DNA of 41,641 nt from Asterionella formosa (lineage: Eukaryota): contig NKIB01014660.1 of the NCBI GenBank assembly GCA_002256025.1, positions 1-41,641 of the forward strand. The letters run 5' to 3'. How positions within the stretch are numbered: position 1 is the first letter of the stretch; every line of letters starts with the position of its first letter. Position numbers and translations under genes: made by a program. The notes beneath the pieces are model-generated. The model saw nothing but the letters and a program-made list of their open reading frames with translations. It had not been told where the DNA came from and did no database searches. This document shows positions 9,534 through 18,224 of this stretch, in pieces.

Positions 9534-12161
9534 CTATCTTGACGTATTGCTAGAAATGGAGGCCAAATATAACTCTGCATCAGTTGCGGGCGACTCGGCG
9601 TTGTCCTGGACATGGCCGCCACCATTGTCACTGATTGTCATGCTACTATCAAACACAGATCCACTCAACATTGCTGGTTGCATGCTTATAATACGCTTGG
9701 GAATCTCGACTCTAGGGGATTCTCTGGCTGAGAAACTATTCTCTCGCCTTAGATTCTTTAACAACGGTGTTCTGCGAATAGTTCCACAAACTCGGATCTG
9801 TTGAGTATGGTGCTCACACGCTTTGCTTGAGTGCCTTAGTACGTTTTGACGGATTGATTCGCCCAACGAGACATCAACTGCAGGTTCTGATGCACGTTTG
9901 GGTACATAACTCGTTTCAGTGGCCTCTTTCAGTACTAGACGTTCTGCAGCTTCTTGTTGGCGCTCTATGATGAATCGCATCCAAATCAAAACAGCCTTCA
10001 GCTTTTTCTTTGCGCGTTGAAACACTTCATAGTGTCTCAACTCTTGTTCAGCCAAGTCCATGGCTGCAGTTCCATCATTCTCATCTAGTTCCTCTAGTCC
10101 TGACAAAGCAGCCATCCTAGTTGAATCCGATGCTGCGCCAATAGACACATACCGAACGAAGCCATGAGGGGATTTGGCGTAAACTTCTTCAATCATCTCG
10201 CGAATCCCCGATTCTGGTGGGTACCAACAATTCAAAGAATTTTGGACGTGAGTTGCCTCACTGGTCATCATCTCGTCGTAAATTGCCTTCCATCCCGGAT
10301 CACACAAAATCCACTTTGGATTCAGAGGAAAAGTATAACCTTCAGTAACTTTCTGGAGGAGAATCTCTTGAAGTCCCTCTACACTTACATACTTCCACAG
10401 AGACCCTTTGTCATGTCGCATGTCATTGATCACCAAAAAGTGATCATCCAACTCTTGCGGAAAATAGTAGTTGAAGCATTCGGCTCCGTGACGAACGCAT
10501 CCATCCTTGGAAAGTCGATCGATAGCCTGCTCCATCAACCAATAAGACTTTGGGTCGCCAAAACCGTATAGCGGCATGTTTGGCTTAATCGTACTTTCCT
10601 TTAGGACATTCAACCACCTTGCAGTCCAAGAAGGAGCCTGGGGGGAGCCTAATATCTCGTCAATCCTCTTAATGCACCACTTGACCAATCCGATTTGAGA
10701 TTCTGAGATTGGTGATTCGTAGGCTACGCCTCTTGTTCCGACTAAGAAACAATCAAAATCCGAAACTACTGGGGAAACTTTGTCATGTTGTTCGTACGCC
10801 ATCACCAAGTTGAGAGGACACAATGCATGTTCAAGGGAGCATTGGTAGACCACAGGTCTAGGTTGACCTTCGCATGGTGGATTTCGAAGTGTTGCAAAAT
10901 TCATGTCTTGAAATGCTGGTTCTGAAGGACGACCAGTATCGTTGGGAGTGCCAGGTTCGCGCTTTGTATCATTGCGCATGACGTACGCCTCCCAAAAGAG
11001 GCGCTGCGGAATCTCTATACCGAAAACTGGACTTTTTTCTTTGGCGTACTCGTCCAAAATAACGATTTCAGGGTCATCCATTTCCCACATGAATTTCGCC
11101 ATTGCCGCTTCAAGGGCCTCGTCGTCCATACTAGTCATGTGGGACTGGGCCTCTGTCCAACCTTGTAACATTTCGTCTCCGACGTCCGCTAACTTTTCAG
11201 CGGCTTCGTTTCGCAGCTTTTCTGTTTTATAGAATATTCTCATCGTCGCTTTCTTCGGAAGTGTACGAATCATCTTCTTATGTTTCTCTTCGTATAACTG
11301 CAAAAATGGAACAAATCCGCTTAGTACGCCGCTCGTCGCCGATTTTCCTTTGATATCTAGCCCCTTTCCAACACCTTGACCCTTCATCATCTTTTTAATG
11401 GATTCCATACTTGTCGGTCGCCAAACAGTGAATACAGAAGATCTATAGAACATCTTTAGAATAGGCGAGATCTTATTCTTTTCAATGCCCTCGCCTGAAA
11501 TAAATTTCATGCCCATATGTGCAACTTCGTCAAAGTAGGCAGCAATTTGGTATCGAGGGTCTGCTCGTCGAAAAAGAGACGCCCATTCCTTGATGCGTTC
11601 AGCCTTGATTACTTGTTCTAAATCTGGCATGGTCTCCAAGTCGTCCTTGGTCAGTTTGAGAGAGTGTCGTTTATCCTTGTGTGACGAAAGTAAAAGTGGG
11701 GTGTTCGTGCCTTTTTCGTGAAAATTGAAGACAGGCATTGATTGGTGCATGTCGGGGTTATAATCAGAAACCTCGGAAATGGCAAAGATAGGCATGGATT
11801 GTTGCACCTTTTGAGGGTCGTCAACAGAACCCTTGACAATTCCAGTACCGGTACTCCCAATCAAAGTCAAGTTGCCTTCTTCAACCCCTTTCTGGTCCGC
11901 AGCGCCAATAAGTCTGCTGGTATGATCATGTAAAAGTTGAGTTCTCATCGCTCGTATTCTCGGGTTAATATCATCCAAAAAAACTTCTTTATCCCCGAAC
12001 TCTCCACTTTCGTTGATGAATTTTCGAGCTTCATCTTCGGCCAAATCTATTCTATTCAATGCTTCCGCCTTTTGTTGAGCCTTTTCTCGACGTCGTTCTT
12101 TTCTCGTGTTTCGCACTTTCGCCATCCATCTCAGTGGATGCACAGAAGATTTTGACTTCAT
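9534..12161 (-). CDS. Putative class II nucleotidyl (adenylyl) cyclase, edema factor/CyaA/ExoY-like catalytic domain (875 aa)
   Basis: Intact intronless ORF. Motifs WRP...GKGLDIKGKSATSGVLSGFVPF (R248, K266, K273), PVVSDFDCFLV (D468, D470), VRHGAECFNYYFPQELDDHFLVIN (H558, N564) and EGYTFPLNPKW occur in the same order as the conserved regions of EF/CyaA/ExoY. Confidence that it is a CDS is high; the functional call rests on motif recognition. Confidence 0.75.
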   Translation of the reverse strand: MKSKSSVHPLRWMAKVRNTRKERRREKAQQKAEALNRIDLAEDEARKFINESGEFGDKEVFLDDINPRIRAMRTQLLHDHTSRLIGAADQKGVEEGNLTLIGSTGTGIVKGSVDDPQKVQQSMPIFAISEVSDYNPDMHQSMPVFNFHEKGTNTPLLLSSHKDKRHSLKLTKDDLETMPDLEQVIKAERIKEWASLFRRADPRYQIAAYFDEVAHMGMKFISGEGIEKNKISPILKMFYRSSVFTVWRPTSMESIKKMMKGQGVGKGLDIKGKSATSGVLSGFVPFLQLYEEKHKKMIRTLPKKATMRIFYKTEKLRNEAAEKLADVGDEMLQGWTEAQSHMTSMDDEALEAAMAKFMWEMDDPEIVILDEYAKEKSPVFGIEIPQRLFWEAYVMRNDTKREPGTPNDTGRPSEPAFQDMNFATLRNPPCEGQPRPVVYQCSLEHALCPLNLVMAYEQHDKVSPVVSDFDCFLVGTRGVAYESPISESQIGLVKWCIKRIDEILGSPQAPSWTARWLNVLKESTIKPNMPLYGFGDPKSYWLMEQAIDRLSKDGCVRHGAECFNYYFPQELDDHFLVINDMRHDKGSLWKYVSVEGLQEILLQKVTEGYTFPLNPKWILCDPGWKAIYDEMMTSEATHVQNSLNCWYPPESGIREMIEEVYAKSPHGFVRYVSIGAASDSTRMAALSGLEELDENDGTAAMDLAEQELRHYEVFQRAKKKLKAVLIWMRFIIERQQEAAERLVLKEATETSYVPKRASEPAVDVSLGESIRQNVLRHSSKACEHHTQQIRVCGTIRRTPLLKNLRRENSFSARESPRVEIPKRIISMQPAMLSGSVFDSSMTISDNGGGHVQDNAESPATDAELYLASISSNTSR

Positions 12162-13024
12162 GACGTATGGTGCATTGCACTTTCCGGTCCAATGTGTGAG
12201 TGCTTCATCAAACGGGACGAAGCAAAAGTCCCCACAGATTCCATGTGTTGAGAAAAGCTAAAAAAATGTACGCAAGATTTTCGGGAACAGCAGACACAGC
12301 CATGAACATCATACATACGATTTGGCTGTGCGTGTACATATAAATAACTGTGTCGTTCTTGTGGTTGCTGTATGCATATTTTTTGCTCCTTCTTCTGACG
12401 TGAACATGTATTACGTTGGTATTTATATATCTAAGACCGAATCAATGATCAACTCCTGGTATGAATAATTGCTGTCATACATAGACCATAGATGATACGG
12501 GTATATACCGGTACGTTGAACGACGAGGCACCTGAAATTTCCAGCAAGCTGTGATGTCACCAAGATTAGAAATTCTGTTGTTGCATGGGTTGATCCATGG
12601 TAACTAGTTAAATTAACACGGTTTCCTTTTAAAAAAAACAGTGGGGCGGACAATGGCTGTTTCGGACAAGCACTTGATGACGACTAATTTCGTTTGACAT
12701 TCATCAATTTGTGCACCTATCTAGGATTCGATAGGACCAGTGTTGAGTTGCCCAAGTAGAAATGACTCCCAGGGCATGTCCTTTCCTAATTCTAGCAACA
12801 CATTCTCTGTTGCTGCCTACCATCGTCCAATGCGAATGAGGGCATGTTTGTGCTTCGCTGTAGTTCGTATCGATGCACATTTACAGCTCTTTTAATTTTA
12901 GGTATCAATCATGTCACTACCAGTAATCGATGTTGAAGTTTTGCTCATGTAACTGGACCACATCAAAAGCGGAAATGACTCCCTTTTGAATGCTATTCAC
13001 AAACTCATTTCACCAACAAACAGG

Positions 13025-14002
13025 CTACATTATTGTACAACTGCTCGCTGCTCCTCCCCTCGGCCTCTCCACACATTGATGGTGCCATGGATTCCACCTC
13101 CCTTCACACACATAGCACCATTCTGTTCCGCAAGGGCATGTCATGTGATTGCATCCTGCTGTTCGATTGGTTCGCAGCGAACACCCTGGACAAGAGCGAC
13201 AATCTAGCAATTGACCCACAAAGGCAAAGTCAGTGTCCTGTAAAAGATGAGAATATTTGCGGGCAAAGGCTTCGCAGGATCGCTTGGCATGTGATTTGGA
13301 TCGCGACAATTCCCAGGGGTGTTTGCAGAGGCCACAAAACATGATATGACACTTGGGACAGACCATTCTTCGGCCATCGCGAGTATCTTGTTCGATAAAT
13401 GCAGAGCTCATGTCTAAATATTCTGGTTCCACCCAAGTGTATGGGACTCTTTCCGGTCTTGGAGGTGTGTACCAAAGGTAGCTACCCTTTCGTTCGTGAT
13501 CTAGTTTGTGTCTTCGATAGGATGGATTCGCAAGCCAAAGGTATCCACAATCCGGTGCTGGGCAGCACTGCACTCCGTCTATACGCCGGAGCGCCACTGC
13601 CAAGGACCATCGTTCGCCCTTTGCAAAATCAAGCTGTGCGCTGCGTGAATATGCGCAATTCAGCCACGAGCTATGCGACGGTGGGCAGTTCCAAAAAAGC
13701 CAAGTCGCAATGATGAGTATATTCCACACGACACGCCATAGCAGGGTCTGTATTATCCCCAGTGGGTGCTGTCGTGTCACCGTGCTTCGGACCATTTTGT
13801 CGGTAAGCTCATGGGCACATCCCATGGGACAAAGCAGGACTGTTCTCCCTTGACCCGTTAACCCTTCTTCCCAAACGGATTGAATGTGGCGATAGAGACA
13901 TGTCTGACATACCGTTTGGCCGCAGCATTGCAAACCGAGCGCTTGATGAGGGCCACCATTCAGGGACAGCTCCTCCGCACAAAGAAAACAAGTCAGGTCC
14001 AT
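13025..14002 (-). CDS. RBR (RING-IBR-RING) E3 ubiquitin ligase with C-terminal CaaX motif
   Basis: RING1-like CFLC...CCGQTVCQTC...CPMGC. IBR CPAPDC...CPKCHIMFCGLCKHPW...H...C. RING2 CPGC...RTAGCNHMTCPCGTEWCYVC with the catalytic Cys. Ends in CTIM-stop. Confidence 0.88.
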   Translation of the reverse strand: MDLTCFLCAEELSLNGGPHQALGLQCCGQTVCQTCLYRHIQSVWEEGLTGQGRTVLLCPMGCAHELTDKMVRSTVTRQHPLGIIQTLLWRVVWNILIIATWLFWNCPPSHSSWLNCAYSRSAQLDFAKGERWSLAVALRRIDGVQCCPAPDCGYLWLANPSYRRHKLDHERKGSYLWYTPPRPERVPYTWVEPEYLDMSSAFIEQDTRDGRRMVCPKCHIMFCGLCKHPWELSRSKSHAKRSCEAFARKYSHLLQDTDFAFVGQLLDCRSCPGCSLRTNRTAGCNHMTCPCGTEWCYVCEGRWNPWHHQCVERPRGGAASSCTIM

Positions 14003-14676
14003 GGTTTTTGTGTGAACATGCAGAGTACTGTACTAATAAAGTGTGATGAACAGTCATGATCTGTACGATCATGCGGTATGCACTATGCTGCTCCTGGCTG
14101 CGATGAATCGTGGAGAGAAAAGGAAAATGCATCCTTACAACACATTGATACAAAAGTCAAAATAAATTTATTGTAATAGTATGGCTGCATATCAGTATTC
14201 TAGAGAATGACGTATACAACAGGTGGTATCAATTTGTACCGGTAAGCAAAATAAAAACAAGTGCTGAACATGTTACGACGAAAGCATACTTGTGCCGCCG
14301 GACTCAGAGAAATACAGTTACCAATGCATAGATAATGGACCCATAGCTAGCTAAGAAAGGAAAAAGCAACCAATAATCGACACAGTACGGGCGCAAATTT
14401 TGTGTTCTGTGAAAAACTTGAGCGAGGTTGAATGACTGGGTGCTAATAATATTGAGGAATGAGTAAATGAACTGCTATAGTATTCTGCAGTAAACTTCTG
14501 TCATGGTGCACCATTGGCTTTGCACACAGTGTAACTATCACTATATTACTTCTGAAGCACTTTATTAACACAAGTTTCGGCTGTCTTGCCAATATCGGGA
14601 GTAATGTTCGTACTCGATTCCGAAAGAAAATATAACAAAAGAATGTACGATGTACAGCTCCAATCTACATATTCCG

Positions 14677-15396
14677 CTAGGCATCTACCAAGCAAGTTCG
14701 GCATGGATGCAGGCCTTGCATGGCAGCTTCACTTGCCTTGAGTTCAGTCAAGCGTGCGTTGGCCACATGCTCACAACTGCGCTTATGATACGCCGCCCCA
14801 TTCGTAGTCTTGACTACTGTGTAATCCTGAAACGTAGACCACATCCCCTTCTTTCCAGCACGTGCTTGAGATTGAAGAGCCAGTAGTTTGTCCCAGTTAT
14901 GAAGTTTAGTGTTCTTATTCGGCGTATACACCGATGCCAGTCCTTCCGCGACAATGCCTTCGTTGACGCAAATGTATCCGCCGTTCTCGGCAACCCATAC
15001 AAAGGCCAATAAACGACCATAATGATCTGTCTTTTCTCCATTTGGTTCAAACGACAGCCAAACTTCTTTTTGATGGCAGCGTATCTTGGTGTACGCCTTG
15101 GCTTCTTGGGAAAACGCTTGGTTCTCCTTGACTTCAGGGGTGTCAATCCCTAAGAATCTGACTCTCCGTTCATCCATGAGTGTTAATGTGTCACCATCGT
15201 AGACATTGCGTACCATGTGCTTCTCAGCCCCATCCGGAAGTGACCTGTAGATGGGAGAAACGTCATGATGTGATTCTGGCGAGTCTGATGCTGGCGCTTG
15301 TTGTTGTTGTTGTTGTTGTTGTTGTGCAACGAATGCGGTTGTTGACTCGTGAACGTCTTGGACGATTTGTTCCACACTTGAAAAACAACCACCCAT
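14677..15396 (-). CDS. Staphylococcal nuclease (thermonuclease) family protein with C-terminal Ada-type metal-binding-like domain and N-terminal acylation motif
   Basis: First ATG at 15396 gives MGGCFS (the listed ORF start at 15423 is TTG). SNase motifs VYDGDTL, RVRFLGIDTPE, DHYGRLLAFV, NEGIVAEGLA and KKGMWS. C-terminal YHKRSC...EAAMQGLHPCRTC. Confidence 0.88.
   Translation of the reverse strand: MGGCFSSVEQIVQDVHESTTAFVAQQQQQQQQQAPASDSPESHHDVSPIYRSLPDGAEKHMVRNVYDGDTLTLMDERRVRFLGIDTPEVKENQAFSQEAKAYTKIRCHQKEVWLSFEPNGEKTDHYGRLLAFVWVAENGGYICVNEGIVAEGLASVYTPNKNTKLHNWDKLLALQSQARAGKKGMWSTFQDYTVVKTTNGAAYHKRSCEHVANARLTELKASEAAMQGLHPCRTCLVDA
15298..15324 (-). repeat. (CAA)9 microsatellite encoding poly-Gln in the nuclease N-terminus
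   Basis: Nine consecutive TTG on the + strand, giving QQQQQQQQQ in the translation. Confidence 0.95.
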
Positions 15397-15589
15397 AGCA
15401 AGTTCGATAGTCTTAATGTACAACCGGTATACTCTATGTTACTCGTTTGCAATAATTGTCAAGGTAGAGAAATAATTCAGAGGCTGTGTAGTTAAATAAA
15501 AAAATTTGCAGGCAAATCAGTTAACTTTTGGATAATGAGCATGGCAATCTAAATATCGGTGGTACGCCATACCGGTAGGTGTTTGCATA

Positions 15590-15685
15590 CCCGCAAGTTG
15601 CGGTCATTTTGCTTAAACTAACATTTCGATCTCGGATAAAGATAGCTAAATCTTTATTTTCAGCAAAATTACCGCAACTTGCCGG
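15590..15685. mobile_element. 96-bp MITE with 24-bp terminal inverted repeats and TA target-site duplication (Tc1/mariner/pogo superfamily type)
   Basis: Left end TA|CCCGCAAGTTGCGGTCATTTTGCT; right end AGCAAAATTACCGCAACTTGCCGG|TA (22/24 match). TA at 15588-89 and 15686-87. Partial TIR-like copies at about 4558-4573 and 36081-36103. Confidence 0.75.
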
Positions 15686-16225
15686 TAGTTGCGATGACCC
15701 TGTGACCGTCCAAAGCTATACTATTTACGTTGTGTAACGCCTTACTGGGGGTATGCGACAAAATATTGCATTATAAGCTTCATATCGGAATATACATTCA
15801 TACATGGAGGGATGTCTTAATCTTCATACATAATGATATTCATAAGTCTTGACAGGTAAATGACGGGTTTATGCACATTATTCGGTCAAAAATATTCCGG
15901 TATGAATATAAATAGAAGGCCTAAATACCGTGCGTCACTTCCCTTATAATGCACGTGAGGAAGGATGCATGCGTGTCCCGTTGTACAGTCAGCAGCATCA
16001 TCCAAGGAGAACGACCCCTTCAGAGCACATGGCCAACGATGGTGAGAACGAGGACGAAAGGCGAAAACTTGTATAGGGCAGAAACTCATTTTAGATACAT
16101 TACTTTCTCACACCAGTCGAAATAATCTAGAGCTCAGCCAAAAGTAGAAACTGAAAGGTGAAGCCGGAAAGAGGAAAGAGATTCAATATTCAATATTCAA
16201 TATAAAAAGATATTAGGGAGCTCCT

Positions 16226-17356
16226 ATGAATGCTGGACCATCGTCAGCCGTATCAGGCAACGGTCAACAGGAAGACACATCATCCTCAGACCAGCCGATT
16301 TGGTTCAAGGAAGATGAGAAATGGGAACTAACGTGGCCAATTTGGCACATGCTGCCCTGGGGGGAACGAAAAGCACTGGCGAAAGAGCACGGTTACAAAA
16401 CGATTGGAGAGTTCGAAGAGGACATGACACTACGACGAGCTGTTGGAGAATCACATGATGCCATCTTGCCACCTCCCTACGATCCCAGCCTAGTTTATTC
16501 TCACTTGGAAGAAGCATCACAGAAGGCCCTTGTTCAAGACCACGACAGCGGCGATGAACAAGAAAATATCGGTAGCGGGTTGGACATTTATGAAGTAGAG
16601 GAGCCCGCTCTGGAGCAAATCTTGAAGGACGATGAACTATTTGAAGCTGGTGGTTATATTCTCTCTATACCAGAAGAATTGTTACATTTCATATTCGGAT
16701 GGCTTCCCATTGATAATTATGCTGCCTTGGCTCTGGTATCACCGCATTGGCGATACGTTACTCGCACTGAACAAGTATACAAGCGACTTTGCGAACGATG
16801 TTATTTACACACCGCGAAACGAAAACAATTGAATGTGGCTCGCTTTGGATCGTACCGAAACATGCTTTACACACGTCCCCGCGTTCGTTCCTTTGGTGGT
16901 GTCTACGTGCTCAAGTTTTCCCAAGTAAAAAGAATCCAGCGGGATATGTGGACAGAGATTCCTGTTGGTGCCATTTTAGAGACTGTATATTATCGATATT
17001 TGTACTTTATGGAAGATGGTCGAGTAGTGTATGCATTGACGACATCATCGCCACACGAAATGATCCCGCGACTGGTAAAAGTTTATACCAAGAATGATTT
17101 TGATCGAGCTGCTGTATGGGGTACCTATCAAATCAAAAAGAATGAAGTAACGGTGATTGCCAAGCAAGAGTGGCAAACTGTCAAGCTTGAGTTGATTATT
17201 GAAGAAGTCAGTATTTCGGGGCGCTTTGGGGCTCTGACGTTCAATAGACATTTTTCAAGTTCCTCGGGAGATTTTGATGAGTACTATAGTCGTGATCTGG
17301 CGGAGTATAAGGTACCACATGAGCCCTTTCGCTACTTGAAGGATAGGAGGTTGTGA
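16226..17356 (+). CDS. F-box protein, FBXO9-like
   Basis: F-box ILSIPEELLHFIFGWLP...LALVSPHWR, followed by an FBXO9-type C-terminal region RPRVRSFGGVYV...VYYRYLYFMEDG. Confidence 0.8.
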   Translation: MNAGPSSAVSGNGQQEDTSSSDQPIWFKEDEKWELTWPIWHMLPWGERKALAKEHGYKTIGEFEEDMTLRRAVGESHDAILPPPYDPSLVYSHLEEASQKALVQDHDSGDEQENIGSGLDIYEVEEPALEQILKDDELFEAGGYILSIPEELLHFIFGWLPIDNYAALALVSPHWRYVTRTEQVYKRLCERCYLHTAKRKQLNVARFGSYRNMLYTRPRVRSFGGVYVLKFSQVKRIQRDMWTEIPVGAILETVYYRYLYFMEDGRVVYALTTSSPHEMIPRLVKVYTKNDFDRAAVWGTYQIKKNEVTVIAKQEWQTVKLELIIEEVSISGRFGALTFNRHFSSSSGDFDEYYSRDLAEYKVPHEPFRYLKDRRL

Positions 17357-18224
17357 GTCACTTGGGTCATGTAGTGTTAGTGGATACTTATGCTGCAGTC
17401 GAACCTTGAACTACCATCATTAGATTCAAATTCCCATAGTAACGATTAGTGGATTGGACGTGAATTCAGCAATTGGAGTCCTTTTTATTTCAAGAAAATC
17501 CCTATAAACAATCGGATGCACCAAGCTCAACCCTCTTGTTTCAATCCGGTAAATTTGTTTGCGGCTTCGATATCCGAATCACGATACTAACCAGAGATAT
17601 GCGTTCTCTTTCACACTCCCTAACCTTATTCTTGCTTCTCTGCGTGTGAAGACTCAGCTTTGCCAAGGCTCCTATTTCCTGTCAAAATTTATGGATCACC
17701 TCGTTAGGCATGACAAAAGTGCAACAATGTTAATTAATTTTCGCCTAGCAACTTCATCTACGTAGACACTACTGGGATATACCGGCACCGGTAGTACGGT
17801 AGACTACGTACTGGTACCAGTAAATGCCAATCCGTGTGGATGTAATCAGTCATGTGTGAAACGGTTCATGAGATGCAGCAATGTACCGGCAGTGAATAAA
17901 TGTAGTCGCTTGAGTCGAATCCATTCAGTTTATTGCACTTCACAGCGAGAACGTGCACTTTCGTTATGGTAATGTATGTACAGTAATCTATTTATTTATG
18001 AGTACATCTATCATTATCTCTTTACTGTATCATCAGCAGAATCAGGATACCAGTATATTCTCATTGCGTCATCGGCATACATCCAACCCGCACACCGGGT
18101 CTGTTCAAATAAAACCATCATATTGCTGGCACACAACGTCAGTCGCCAATAAAAATTCTCCACATCATTATTCGCATTTGTAATTGGTCACAAAAAAAGA
18201 AACCCACCAAAAGAACAATTGAGC

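Noticed and set aside
3..15396. EF-hand protein, cyclase and nuclease as a CBASS/Pycsar-like cyclic-nucleotide defence operon
   Set aside because: The genes are separately spaced eukaryotic units interleaved with NAGS, a glycosyltransferase and an RBR ligase, and the nuclease has no recognisable cyclic-nucleotide sensor domain. Only conserved synteny or co-expression could revive the idea.
15397..15423. Longer nuclease N-terminus from the ORF track (MYIKTIELA)
   Set aside because: It begins at TTG; the first ATG (15396) yields a canonical MGxC acylation start.
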